From an uncultured delta proteobacterium (lineage in GTDB: Bacteria > Desulfobacterota > WTBG01): DNA of 64,000 nucleotides. This document shows, piece after piece, positions 11,157 through 20,520 of the stretch; positions within the stretch are counted from its first letter, which is position 1, and each line of letters starts with the position of its first letter. The notes beneath the pieces were generated by a model. It searched no databases. It saw only the letters and a list, made by a program, of their open reading frames with translations, and was not told where the DNA came from. The stretch lies in contig CAWCBP010000004.1 in the NCBI GenBank assembly GCA_963793865.1, positions 1 through 64,000 of the forward strand, written 5' to 3'. The translations under genes were made by a program, and so were the position numbers.

Positions 11157-11714
11157 ATGAAAAAAGTTCGCCGTGCCCTGATGGCCGCCGCCCTGATCGT
11201 CCTGGTCCTGGTTGCCGTGCCGCTGGTGCGAAACGCCCTCTCTCCCAAAAAGCAGCAAAGGCCGGAGGGATTGCCCCCGCCCGGCGTGGACATGCGGCTG
11301 GACAAGGTCCACTACGAGCAGATCGACGAGGACGGCCGCCGGGAGTGGGAGCTCTTTGCCAAGGGCGCGCAGTATGAAAAGAACAACAAGAGAGTCGCCC
11401 TGACAGCAATAACCGTAAGCTTTTTCTCAAGGGAAGGCACTGTTTACAAGCTCGCTGCCGACCGCGGCGAACTTTTTACCGAATCGCAGGATGTGAGCCT
11501 GTCCGGCAACGTGGTGGCGGAAACCGCCGAGGGGTATACGATCCGCACCGATTCCATCAAGTACGTCGCCCGCGACAGAAAGGTTTCCACCGCGGATCCG
11601 GTCAGCTTCAGCAGCAGGGAAATGGTCATGACCGGCAAGGGCATGGTCATTGATCTGGAGGAGGAAAAGCTGTATATCCTTGAAGAGGTGAAGGCCTCGG
11701 GAAACCAACCATGA
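11157..11714 (+). CDS. lptC: LPS export protein LptC
   Basis: N-terminal TM anchor, beta-rich periplasmic domain (LSGNVV, IRTDSIKY, MTGKGM), position in kds-lpt operon. Confidence 0.88.
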   Translation: MKKVRRALMAAALIVLVLVAVPLVRNALSPKKQQRPEGLPPPGVDMRLDKVHYEQIDEDGRREWELFAKGAQYEKNNKRVALTAITVSFFSREGTVYKLAADRGELFTESQDVSLSGNVVAETAEGYTIRTDSIKYVARDRKVSTADPVSFSSREMVMTGKGMVIDLEEEKLYILEEVKASGNQP

Positions 11715-12958
11715 TCATGCAACTCTTCAGCGCAGTCATAATGCTTATGGCCCTGCTGCATTCATCGTCCGCGCCTGCGGCAGCGGCAGCGCGTGTTGCC
11801 GTGCTGCCCTTTGATATTTACAGCGATGAAAGCTCCAAGCCCCTTAAGGACATCATTGCCGGTGACCTTTCAGCCCGGCTGGCCTCGGACAACCGGCTTG
11901 AAGTGGTGGATCAGGCCCGGGTCAGGGAGGTAATGGCGGACCGGGCATCGCTCACCTTCAACGAGACAACCCTGCGGACCATTTCCGGACAGCTTGACGC
12001 ACCCTTTCTGGTGCTCGGGAGCATGACCAGGATCGGGGCCAACATGAGCCTCGACACATACATTTTCAGAGCGGACGGCACCCCCTCCTTTACCAAGGAA
12101 TTCAGCGAGGGAAAAAACCTCGACACCATCACCGGGGAAATGGCCGCCAAAGTCAATGCCCGTATTGTAAAGATGGCGCCGGCCCCCCGGGAGGAAGCGG
12201 TGCCGCAGGAAACTGCTGCGGCTGTCCCGCCGGCGGTTGGCCGCCCGGAGAAGCCTGTGCAGGAGGAGAATCTGCCGGATGCGGCGGTCGAGGCTGACGC
12301 CGGTGAAGCGGCGGAAGAGCCGGGTGTCGCAGCAGAAGAGCCTGCCCTCGCCCCCGCGGCTGAAGAGGCCCCGCGCGAACCGGCCCCGGCCATTGCCTCA
12401 CTGCGCCGCGAGGAAGCTGCAGCCGAACCTTCCTCCAACAAAAAGGAAAAAGAAGAAAGGAAAGGGAGGGAGGACAGGAAAGGCTCGAAAGGACTCTCCT
12501 CACCATTCACCTCCAGCAAGCCGGTGAAAATTACCGCCGAGAGCCTGGAGGCCGACAACAAGAAAAACACCGTTACCTTCAAGGGCAACGTGGTGGCCAA
12601 GCAGGGCGACATGGTGATCATCGCTGATACCATGACCGTGGACTACGAGAAGGAAGGCGGCATCAATACGGTGCAGGCGTCGGGAAATGTCAAAATGTCC
12701 CAGGCGGACAGGGTTGCCACCGGCACCCGGATTGTTTTTTATAACCCCGAGCAAAAAATAGTCATGACCGGCAATCCTAAAATCTGGCAGGGAGACAACC
12801 TGATCAGCTGCGACAAGATCACGGTTCTGCTGGAACAGGACAAGATTTTTTTCGAAGGAAAAGTTGATTCCACCATCTTTCCCAAAAGCATCCAGGATGC
12901 GCAGAAAAAGGATGTAAAACAGGTGGAGGCCATACCGTCAGGCACTAAAAAACCCTGA
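11711..12958 (+). CDS. lptA: LptA with extra N-terminal TolB-N/CsgG-like domain and Pro/Ala/Glu-rich linker
   Basis: C-terminal PVKITAESLEADNKKNTVTFKGNVVAKQGD...MTGNPKIWQGDNLI is the LptA/OstA pattern; lies between lptC and lptB; N-terminal RVAVLPF...LVLGSMTRIGANMSLD domain. Confidence 0.88.
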   Translation: MIMQLFSAVIMLMALLHSSSAPAAAAARVAVLPFDIYSDESSKPLKDIIAGDLSARLASDNRLEVVDQARVREVMADRASLTFNETTLRTISGQLDAPFLVLGSMTRIGANMSLDTYIFRADGTPSFTKEFSEGKNLDTITGEMAAKVNARIVKMAPAPREEAVPQETAAAVPPAVGRPEKPVQEENLPDAAVEADAGEAAEEPGVAAEEPALAPAAEEAPREPAPAIASLRREEAAAEPSSNKKEKEERKGREDRKGSKGLSSPFTSSKPVKITAESLEADNKKNTVTFKGNVVAKQGDMVIIADTMTVDYEKEGGINTVQASGNVKMSQADRVATGTRIVFYNPEQKIVMTGNPKIWQGDNLISCDKITVLLEQDKIFFEGKVDSTIFPKSIQDAQKKDVKQVEAIPSGTKKP

Positions 12959-13048
12959 GCGGCTGACCGAACCGGCCCCTTCGCATCCGGTTAAAACAGC
13001 GGACAAACCCCTTGCCACGGGGAATGAGGAGGTATATATCTAAGGCAC

Positions 13049-13771
13049 ATGCGCAAACTTTCAGCACAGCACCTGACCAAGTGCTTTGGTCATCGCAAGG
13101 TGGTTGTCGACCTCTCCCTGGAGGTACAGCCGGGAGAGGTGGTAGGTTTGCTCGGGCCCAACGGTGCCGGGAAAACCACCACCTTTTACATGATCGCAGG
13201 CCTCCTCAAGCCCGATGACGGCAGCATCTCGCTGAACGGCGAGGACATCGCCGATTGCCCGATGTATTTGCGGGCGCGTAAGGGCATCGGCTACCTTCCC
13301 CAGGAGGCGTCGGTTTTCAGAAAATTAACCGTGGAGGAGAACATCATGGCCATCCTGCAGACCCTCTCCCTCAGCCGGGAGGAGGAGCAGGAGCGTCTGG
13401 CCAAGCTGCTGAACGGCCTGGGGCTGACCCATCTGGCCCGCAGCAAGGCCTACGTGCTTTCCGGCGGTGAAAGAAGAAGGCTTGAGATCACCCGGGCGCT
13501 GGTCACCTCGCCCTCATTTCTGCTGTTTGACGAACCGTTTACCGGCATCGATCCCATCGCGGTCAACGATATCCAGGATATCATCGGCCAGCTGCGGGAA
13601 AACGGCATCGGCATTCTGATCTCGGACCACAATGTGCGGGAGACACTGGGCGTCTGTGACAGGTCTTACATAATATCCCGCGGCGAAATTTTAGAGCACG
13701 GGACCGCGAAGGACATCATCGAAAGCTCCAAGGCCCGCGAGGTATACCTGGGAGAGCGGTTCCAGCTCTGA
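13049..13771 (+). CDS. lptB: LPS export ABC ATPase
   Basis: GPNGAGKTT, YLPQEASVFRKL, LSGGERRR, DEPFTGIDP, DHNVRETL. Confidence 0.97.
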   Translation: MRKLSAQHLTKCFGHRKVVVDLSLEVQPGEVVGLLGPNGAGKTTTFYMIAGLLKPDDGSISLNGEDIADCPMYLRARKGIGYLPQEASVFRKLTVEENIMAILQTLSLSREEEQERLAKLLNGLGLTHLARSKAYVLSGGERRRLEITRALVTSPSFLLFDEPFTGIDPIAVNDIQDIIGQLRENGIGILISDHNVRETLGVCDRSYIISRGEILEHGTAKDIIESSKAREVYLGERFQL

Positions 13772-13881
13772 CCCCGGCGAGCCGGTACAAAGGCGGCGAT
13801 ACACCCGCACCATAATTGGCGTTGAGTGGCCCATGCGGAGGGACCACGTATCTATCCTTAAAATCACAGGGAGGAGAGCAC

Positions 13882-14427
13882 ATGAGTGATGTTTCCGTTA
13901 CCTTCAGACATCTAGAGGCAACACCCGCATTGAAGGCATACGCGGAGGAGAAAGCCTCGAAAATAAATAAATTCTTCGGCGGCGTCAACGAGGTCAACGT
14001 GGTTCTTTCCCTCGAGAAGCACCGCTACACGGCGGACATCACCCTCAAGGCCGGACGCACCACTGTCAACGCCAGAGAAGAAACAAGCGACATGTACTCC
14101 GCCATCGACCTGGTGGTGGACAAGATCAACCGCCAGATAAAAAAATACAAGGACAAGATGAAGGACCACAAGGCAAGCCCCGCGGAAAGAAAAATAGCCG
14201 GCCACGACAATATTGTGTCTTCAAGCAGCAGCGGCGACGACAAAAGGCCGGTGATCATCAAGACGGAGCAGGTCCCCGCCAAGCCCATGTCCCTGGAAGA
14301 GGCGACCATGCAGCTGGGCATGGCTCAAAATGACTTTTTGGTGTTTATCAATGATGAAACGGGAAAAATCAGCGTGATCTACCATCGCAAGGACGGCGAC
14401 CTGGGGCTGATCGAGCCGGAAGTCTAG
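13882..14427 (+). CDS. hpf: Long ribosome hibernation promoting factor
   Basis: VTFRHLEATPALKAY, DMYSAIDLVVDK, KPMSLEEA, YHRKDGDLGLIEP; GGAG RBS. Confidence 0.95.
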   Translation: MSDVSVTFRHLEATPALKAYAEEKASKINKFFGGVNEVNVVLSLEKHRYTADITLKAGRTTVNAREETSDMYSAIDLVVDKINRQIKKYKDKMKDHKASPAERKIAGHDNIVSSSSSGDDKRPVIIKTEQVPAKPMSLEEATMQLGMAQNDFLVFINDETGKISVIYHRKDGDLGLIEPEV

Positions 14428-14445
14428 AGGAGCAACGGTGTTTCG

Positions 14446-14484
14446 GTAGGAGCACATTCTGAGGCGATGCATTCGAGGCTTCTG
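14446..14484. repeat. Degenerate GTAGGAGC-family REP doublet
   Basis: GTAGGAGCACATTCTGAGGCGATGCATTCGAGGCT resembles the copies at 53114 and 57310. Confidence 0.55.
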
Positions 14485-14486
14485 AT

Positions 14487-14728
14487 AAATTCGAAGCACG
14501 AAATCCTAAATCCGAAACAATTTCAAAATTCAATTGTTCAAATGACCCAAACTGCAAATTCTCACGAAGCCCACGCAGAATAACACGAGGGCTCGTGATG
14601 TCGTTACTGAGGACCATGAGCCACAGTTTGCATGTAAAAAATTCAAATTTCAATTGACCGAAAGCCTCCGTAGGGGTGAAGCGGCGTTTTGAATTTTTGT
14701 CATTTGATATTCGGATTTCGGATTTGAG
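14487..14728. repeat. Fold-back element built of degenerate heptamers
   Basis: Left arm AAATTCG AAGCACG AAATCCT AAATCCG...AAATTCA...AAATGAC (14487-14552); inverted right arm TTTGAATTTTTGTCATTTG...TTCGGATTTCGGATTT (14687-14728). Confidence 0.7.
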
Positions 14729-14788
14729 ACTGAATGACACAGATGAACCCGTTTAATACTATTAATATTTTCACCTCCTGTTGACATC

Positions 14789-15250
14789 ATGAAAATAACC
14801 GACATTATAAAGCAAGATCTGATCATTCCGGATTTGGAAGCGAAAAATAAAAAAGGGGTGCTGGAAGAGCTGGTCGAACACCTGGCGCTGCGGGAGAACG
14901 CGGTAAACCGGGAAGAGCTGGTGAAGGTTCTGCTGGAACGGGAAAAGCTGGGCAGCACCGGGATCAATGACGGGGTGGCCATTCCCCACGGCAAGCTGAA
15001 AAACATTGACCGTTTGCTGGCGCTCTTCGGGCGCAGCAGAAGCGGCATTGATTTCGGCGCCCTGGACGGAAAGCCGAGCCATTTTTTCTTTCTCCTGATC
15101 GCGCCCGAAAGCTCCGCGGGAGCCCATTTGAAGGCCCTGGCCCGCATCTCCCGCATAGCCCGGGATGTGTCGTTCAGGGAAGACTGCATGAAGGCGCAAA
15201 CCAGGGAAGACCTCTACCGGATCATTGTCCAGGAAGATGAGAAGTACTGA
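14789..15250 (+). CDS. ptsN: PTS EIIA (Ntr/Fru type)
   Basis: EREKLGSTGINDGVAIPHGK, IDFGALDGKP, HLKALARISR. Confidence 0.93.
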   Translation: MKITDIIKQDLIIPDLEAKNKKGVLEELVEHLALRENAVNREELVKVLLEREKLGSTGINDGVAIPHGKLKNIDRLLALFGRSRSGIDFGALDGKPSHFFFLLIAPESSAGAHLKALARISRIARDVSFREDCMKAQTREDLYRIIVQEDEKY

Positions 15251-15386
15251 AGCCGGAGCAGCACCGTCACCACTCGCCTCTCATACGCCGCCTTCGCGGC
15301 GGTGTGTGCGTCAGTTTTCATGCAGCAACGCGGCTTTCCTCATCTTCCCCTGACCTCCCCCGCAGGCGCGCTTTTGGATTAAGGAT

Positions 15387-16253
15387 ATGCACTCCATACC
15401 TTCACTGATCATCACGGGACTTTCAGGCTCCGGCAAGAGCACGGTAATGCGGGCGCTGGAAGACGCGGGCTTTCACTGCATCGACAACCTCCCGCCGGTG
15501 CTGATGCCCAAATTCCTGGAGCTCTGCACCACATCATCCGCGGAGATCTCCAAGATCGCCATGGTCATGGATGTGCGCGAGAGGGCCTTTCTCAAGGAAT
15601 ACCCCGCCATCTTCAAGGAGCTCAAGGCGCAGGGGCAGGACCTCACCATCCTCTTCCTGGAATCAACTGACGAGGTCCTGGTGCGGCGCTACAATGAAAC
15701 CAGGCGTCAGCACCCCCTGGCGGAACGGGGAACGGTGCTGGAAGGCATACGGAAAGAGCGGGAGATGCTCTCCGACCTGCGCATGCTCGCTGATGAAATC
15801 ATCGACACCTCCAGCCTGAGCATTCACCAGCTGCGCCACCTGATTACCCAGCTTTTCCAACCCGCCGGTGACGCGCGGAGGATGAACATCATTCTCACCT
15901 CCTTCGGCTACAAATACGGAGTGCCCGCGGATGCCGACCTGGTGTTCGACGTCAGGTTCCTGCCCAATCCCTTCTTTGTGAGCGAGCTCCGCAATCTCTC
16001 GGGCAACGAAAGCCCGGTATCTGATTACGTGATGAACAACGAGACGGCCCGGGGCTTCCGGGAAAAATTTTTTGACCTCATCGCCTTCCTGACCCCCCTC
16101 TACGAACAGGAGGGCAAGGCCTATCTTACCATCTGCGTCGGGTGCACGGGGGGCATGCATCGCGCCGTCGCTGTTATTAACAGTCTTCAGAGCTTCCTTG
16201 CCGGGAAGGGGTATCAGGTACGGGTGATACACCGGGACCTTGGCAAGGCCTAA
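15387..16253 (+). CDS. rapZ: RNase adapter RapZ (YhbJ)
   Basis: ITGLSGSGKS, IDNLPP, ETRRQHPL, SFGYKYG, DVRFLPNP, GCTGGMHR. Confidence 0.96.
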   Translation: MHSIPSLIITGLSGSGKSTVMRALEDAGFHCIDNLPPVLMPKFLELCTTSSAEISKIAMVMDVRERAFLKEYPAIFKELKAQGQDLTILFLESTDEVLVRRYNETRRQHPLAERGTVLEGIRKEREMLSDLRMLADEIIDTSSLSIHQLRHLITQLFQPAGDARRMNIILTSFGYKYGVPADADLVFDVRFLPNPFFVSELRNLSGNESPVSDYVMNNETARGFREKFFDLIAFLTPLYEQEGKAYLTICVGCTGGMHRAVAVINSLQSFLAGKGYQVRVIHRDLGKA

Positions 16254-16265
16254 CGGGGGATATCC

Positions 16266-16685
16266 ATGATAGGAGTCATTGTTGTCGCGCACCTGCGGCT
16301 GGCGGAAGAGCTGCTCAGCGTCGCGCGCATCATCACCGGCAGCCGGCTTGACAACTTCAGGACCGTTTCCATCAACATCGACGACAATCCCGACCAGGCG
16401 CGGGAAAAGCTGCTCGCCGCCGTCAGGGAGGTAAACACGGCGGACGGGACGGTGATCCTGGTGGATATGTTCGGCGGCACGCCCTCCAACCTCAGTTTAT
16501 CACTGCTCAGCAAGGGCAAAATCGAAATCATCACCGGGGTCAACCTCCCCATGATCATAGAGGCCGCCTCAAGCAGCCTCAGTGTCGGCCTCAACCAGCT
16601 GATCAGCATGCTCACCGCGAGCGGACAGCGCGGCATCCGCTCGGCGGGGACCATCCTGGAGCAAAATGTCATCGCGGGAAAGTAA
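16266..16685 (+). CDS. PTS EIIA, mannose type
   Basis: MIGVIVVAH, LVDMFGGTPSN, ITGVNLPM. Confidence 0.92.
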   Translation: MIGVIVVAHLRLAEELLSVARIITGSRLDNFRTVSINIDDNPDQAREKLLAAVREVNTADGTVILVDMFGGTPSNLSLSLLSKGKIEIITGVNLPMIIEAASSSLSVGLNQLISMLTASGQRGIRSAGTILEQNVIAGK

Positions 16686-17199
16686 GCATACGCCGCACAA
16701 CGAGCGGCCCCCCCTCTGTGGGGAAAGCGGCTTTGACATCGGGGAAATGGTCCCTGCCGATCTGGACCAAATCCTGGCAATCGAGGAAGGCTCGTTCGTC
16801 ACCCCCTGGTCGAGGAATTGTTTCCTGGAGGAATTGCACAGCCGTCTCTCGAAGATGTTTGTTGCCAGAACAACCGGCGGCGGTGAGCGGCGGGTTGCGG
16901 GATACCTCTGCGCGTGGTTCGTGGCGGAAGAGGTTCATATCCTCAATCTTGCCTGTCATCCCGGCTTCAGGAGAAGGAAAGCTGCCACCGGGCTGCTCGC
17001 GCACTGCCTCCATCGCGCCGGTGCCGACGGCATGCAATGGGCTTATCTTGAAGTGCGGCGGTCGAACGATCAGGCCCTGTCCCTTTACAGCAAATTCGGA
17101 TTTAAACCGGTGGGGCTGCGCAAGGGATATTACACCGACACGCGCGAGGATGCCATCGTCATGGCGCTCGAAATGAAACCGTCCCCCTCCTTAAGCTGA
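16666..17199 (+). CDS. rimI: Ribosomal-protein N-acetyltransferase RimI (start uncertain)
   Basis: IEEGSFVTPW, EVHILNLA, LEVRRSN, RKGYYTDTREDAIVM. Confidence 0.9.
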   Translation: MSSRESKHTPHNERPPLCGESGFDIGEMVPADLDQILAIEEGSFVTPWSRNCFLEELHSRLSKMFVARTTGGGERRVAGYLCAWFVAEEVHILNLACHPGFRRRKAATGLLAHCLHRAGADGMQWAYLEVRRSNDQALSLYSKFGFKPVGLRKGYYTDTREDAIVMALEMKPSPSLS

Positions 17200-17205
17200 C
17201 ACTGC

Positions 17206-18060
17206 ATGGCCAGGATCATCTTTAACCGGATTGTTTCACCCGGCTATTATCGCATGAGGATCAGCTGCCCCCGCCTGGCAGCGCGGTCAAAACCCGGCCA
17301 GTTTGTCATGGCCAGGGCAGGCAGCTCGTTTGATCCCCTCCTGCGGCGCCCCTTTGCCGTGCATCGCCTCTGCGGGGAAACGGAGGCCGTGCCGTCCGGC
17401 ACATCCCCTTCCTGCATTGAGATTCTCTACCGGACCGTTGGCAAAGGCACCCTGATGCTGTCCGGGAAGAAACGGGGCGAGGAGATTGACCTGCTCGGTC
17501 CCCTCGGCAACGGGTTCCGCATTTCGCGACAGACCGACACGGCTGTGCTGGTGGCGGGAGGCATCGGGGTTGCCCCGCTGCTCTCCCTGGCGCAGCTCAT
17601 GGGCAGGGGCAGAGGCGCCGTCAGCAGCACGGTGATCATCGGCGGGGCGACGCGGGGAGATATCCTCTGCCGCAGCGAATTCAGGAAGGCGGGCGCGAGG
17701 GTGGCGGTAACCACGGAAGACGGGAGCAGCGGCGTCAGGGGGCTGGCGACCGACCTGCTCGAAGACGTTCTGAGGTACCTTTCTCCGGCCGTCATGGCCC
17801 GGCTCGCTCTTTACGCATGCGGGCCGATGCCCATGCTCAAGCGCGTGGCAGCCATCGCCCGCGATCGCGCACTTCCCTGCCAGGTTTCCCTGGAGAGCGC
17901 CATGGCCTGCGGAGTCGGCGCCTGCCTGGGATGCAGCATACCCGTCCGCAGCACAAACGGGGGAGCCATTTCCTATCAAAGGGTGTGTAAAGAAGGGCCT
18001 GTTTTCGACAGCACCACCATCGCCTGGGACAGTCTCGACCGGCTGTCGCCGGAACGCTAG
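17206..18060 (+). CDS. pyrK: Dihydroorotate dehydrogenase B electron-transfer subunit
   Basis: PGQFVM, LRRPF, GPLGNGF, GGIGVAP, MACGVGACLGC, VCKEGPVF. Confidence 0.95.
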   Translation: MARIIFNRIVSPGYYRMRISCPRLAARSKPGQFVMARAGSSFDPLLRRPFAVHRLCGETEAVPSGTSPSCIEILYRTVGKGTLMLSGKKRGEEIDLLGPLGNGFRISRQTDTAVLVAGGIGVAPLLSLAQLMGRGRGAVSSTVIIGGATRGDILCRSEFRKAGARVAVTTEDGSSGVRGLATDLLEDVLRYLSPAVMARLALYACGPMPMLKRVAAIARDRALPCQVSLESAMACGVGACLGCSIPVRSTNGGAISYQRVCKEGPVFDSTTIAWDSLDRLSPER

Positions 18061-18392
18061 TGTAGTGCGTCCAACACTTCTTTACGTATGAAAGGCTCCT
18101 GTGCGTTGCGAATACCATGCTGTAGAAGAGGTTCAGTGGCTCAAGGGGGAGGGGCTTTTGACGCCACAACAATTTGTCTTTAGGCTTACGGCACGACCCG
18201 GTGCCTTACGACTTAAACCGAAAACAGGCAGCTTTGCAGAGACTTCGATATGGCTGTTACCATGCGGGTCTGTCGGACAAAGTTAGAGAGATGCTGCCGT
18301 TCTACAGGTTCCGAATAATTTTGTTGTGGCTAAAAAGCCCCTCCCCCCTTGAGCCACATATAAATAAAGGAATCAATGACGCACTACACTAG
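18057..18392. mobile_element. MITE-like non-autonomous element (336 bp including both CTAG)
   Basis: Perfect 15-bp terminal inverted repeat CTAGTGTAGTGCGTC / GACGCACTACACTAG and internal ~37-bp imperfect inverted repeat (18136-18172, 18321-18357); no transposase. Confidence 0.75.
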
Positions 18393-18420
18393 GGCCGGCA
18401 CCACGGGGACAACCGTGCCA

Positions 18421-19359
18421 ATGACACAGAAAGCAAAAAAGGTTTCGCTCGCGGTTAACCTCGGCGGGATAGTGATGAAAAATCCCGTCATGGCCGCCTC
18501 CGGCACCTTCGGGTACGGCGAGGAGTACGCGGAGCATGCCTCCCTGTCCGTGCTGGGGGCCTTCATTACCAAGGGCATTTCCCTGCAGCCCCAGCCGGGA
18601 AACCCGCCGCCCCGCATCGTCGAGACGGCAGGCGGCATGCTCAATGCCATCGGCCTGGAAAACGTCGGGGTCGAGGTGCTGCTCAACGAAAAGATTCCCC
18701 GGCTTAAAAAAATCGGGGTGCCGGTGATTGTCAACATCTTCGGAACCACCCGCCATGCCTATGGTGAGGTGGCGAGACGGCTGGAGGGGTGCGGCGGCAT
18801 CGCCGGCCTGGAGGTAAACATCTCCTGCCCCAACATAAAAAAGGGCGGCATCTCCTTCGGCACCGATCCCCGGGAAGCCTTCAAGGTTGTCAGCACCGTG
18901 CGCAAGTCGTTTTCAGGGCCGCTGATGGTCAAGCTTTCTCCCAATGTCTCGGACATTACCGCCATTGCCCGGAGCGCGGAGGATGCGGGGGCCGACGTGA
19001 TTTCCCTCATCAACACCCTCCTGGGCATGGCCATTGACATTGATACCAGGAGGCCGCGGCTGGGAAATATCACCGGGGGTCTCTCCGGCCCGGCCATCAA
19101 GCCGGTCGCGCTGCGGATGGTCCGGGAAGTGTACCGGGCGGTTTCCATTCCGGTGGTGGGCATCGGAGGAATTTGCAGCAGCAGGGATGCCCTCGAGTTC
19201 ATCATTGCCGGCGCCTCGGCAGTCCAGATCGGCACGGCGCAATTTGTCAACCCCCGTGTCGCCGGGGAGGTGGTCAGCGGTATAGGGGACTATCTCCGGG
19301 CGCAGGGCATGACCAACCTGAAGGAGCTGGTGGGGAGCCTCATCACCTCCCCGCACTGA
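18421..19359 (+). CDS. pyrD: Dihydroorotate dehydrogenase B catalytic subunit
   Basis: NPVMAASGTFG, GNPPPR, NAIGLEN, EVNISCPN, VKLSPN, GGLSGPAIKP; the ORF-track start at 18376 lies inside the MITE. Confidence 0.96.
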   Translation: MTQKAKKVSLAVNLGGIVMKNPVMAASGTFGYGEEYAEHASLSVLGAFITKGISLQPQPGNPPPRIVETAGGMLNAIGLENVGVEVLLNEKIPRLKKIGVPVIVNIFGTTRHAYGEVARRLEGCGGIAGLEVNISCPNIKKGGISFGTDPREAFKVVSTVRKSFSGPLMVKLSPNVSDITAIARSAEDAGADVISLINTLLGMAIDIDTRRPRLGNITGGLSGPAIKPVALRMVREVYRAVSIPVVGIGGICSSRDALEFIIAGASAVQIGTAQFVNPRVAGEVVSGIGDYLRAQGMTNLKELVGSLITSPH

Positions 19360-19364
19360 CAACC

Positions 19365-20411
19365 ATGAAAAAGCGCACGCGGACAATTCGTTTGGGAACT
19401 GTGACCATAGGCGGCGGGGCCCCGGTCTCGGTCCAGGCCATGACCAAGACCGACACCAGGGACACCGGCCTGACGGTCAGGCAGATTCGCCGCCTGGAGC
19501 GGGAAGGCTGTGAAATCGTGCGGGTGGCTGTGCCCGACATGGAAGCGGCCCGCAACCTCGGCTCGATCCGGCGCGGCATCGGCATACCCCTGGTGGCGGA
19601 CATCCACTTTGATTACCGGCTTGCCCTGGAGGCGCTCAGGCAGGGCGTGGACGGACTGCGCATCAACCCCGGCAACATCGGGAGCGCGGAGAGGGTAAAG
19701 GCGGTGGTGAAGGCGGCAGGGGCGAGAAAGGTCCCCATCCGCATCGGCGTCAACACCGGCTCGCTCTCGAAGCGGATCCTGAAAGCGTACGGGCATCCCA
19801 CCCCGGAGGCCATGGTGGCAAGCGCCATGGAGCACATCCGCCTGCTGGAGAAGCTCGGCTTTTTTGACATCAAGGTTTCGCTTAAATCCTCGGACCTGCT
19901 GGACACGGTCAGGGCCTACCGCCTGCTCCACCGGCGGGTGGACTATCCCCTGCATCTCGGCATCACCGCCGCGGGACCGACCTTTTCCGGAACGGTCAAA
20001 TCGTCCATCGGCATCGGCATGCTCCTGGCCGAGGGCATCGGTGATACCATACGGGTCTCGCTCACCGGAAGCCCGGTTGAGGAAGTGCGCGTCGGCCGGG
20101 AGATCCTCAAGGCGCTCAAGCTCCGTCCCCGGGGACCGGAGATCATCAGCTGCCCCACCTGCGGGCGCTGCAGAATCAACCTCATCGGCATGGCAAAGGC
20201 CGTGGAGCGGGAGCTGGCCACGCTGCCGCGCGATCTTACCATTGCGGTCATGGGCTGCGCCGTGAACGGCCCGGGAGAGGCGCGGGAGGCGGATCTGGGC
20301 ATCGCCGGCGGCAAAGGGGGCGGTGTCCTGTTCAAAAAAGGCAAACTGGTGAAGCGGCTTAAGGAAAAGGATCTCGTGGCCGCCCTGATCAAAGAGGCAC
20401 GATCAATGTAA
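19365..20411 (+). CDS. ispG: HMBPP synthase
   Basis: VQAMT, LVADIHF, RINPGNIG, RIGVNTGSL, GDTIRVSL, SCPTCGRC, MGCAVNGPGEA. Confidence 0.97.
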   Translation: MKKRTRTIRLGTVTIGGGAPVSVQAMTKTDTRDTGLTVRQIRRLEREGCEIVRVAVPDMEAARNLGSIRRGIGIPLVADIHFDYRLALEALRQGVDGLRINPGNIGSAERVKAVVKAAGARKVPIRIGVNTGSLSKRILKAYGHPTPEAMVASAMEHIRLLEKLGFFDIKVSLKSSDLLDTVRAYRLLHRRVDYPLHLGITAAGPTFSGTVKSSIGIGMLLAEGIGDTIRVSLTGSPVEEVRVGREILKALKLRPRGPEIISCPTCGRCRINLIGMAKAVERELATLPRDLTIAVMGCAVNGPGEAREADLGIAGGKGGGVLFKKGKLVKRLKEKDLVAALIKEARSM

Positions 20412-20430
20412 GCCGGTCTTGTCCAAAAAC

Positions 20431-20520
20431 GAGATTGCCGCGCTTCGCTCGCAATGACAAAATTAAGCAATTACGCACCAATATGGTCGTTGCGAGGAGC
20501 ATACGCGACGAAGCAATCTC
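20431..20520. repeat. Inverted pair of GAGATTGC...CGCAATGAC-type REP-like elements
   Basis: GAGATTGCCGCGCTTCGCTCGCAATGAC (20431-20458) and GTCGTTGCGAGGAGC...GAAGCAATCTC (20486-20520). Confidence 0.7.

Noticed and set aside
14430..14730. Repeat tracts or REP clusters (also 52980-53260) as a CRISPR array
   Set aside because: No constant repeat with unique equal-length spacers and no cas genes in the window
14369..14740. Minus-strand ORFs across heptamer repeats (also 32525-32746 and the extended tgt N-terminus)
   Set aside because: Translations such as NPKSE and SKSKF come from repeat DNA and lack RBS support
14772..14788. Anti-Shine-Dalgarno-like TCACCTCCT just upstream of ptsN, read as a 16S relic or an antisense RBS
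   Set aside because: No other rRNA sequence nearby, and no well-spaced start codon or credible ORF on the minus strand
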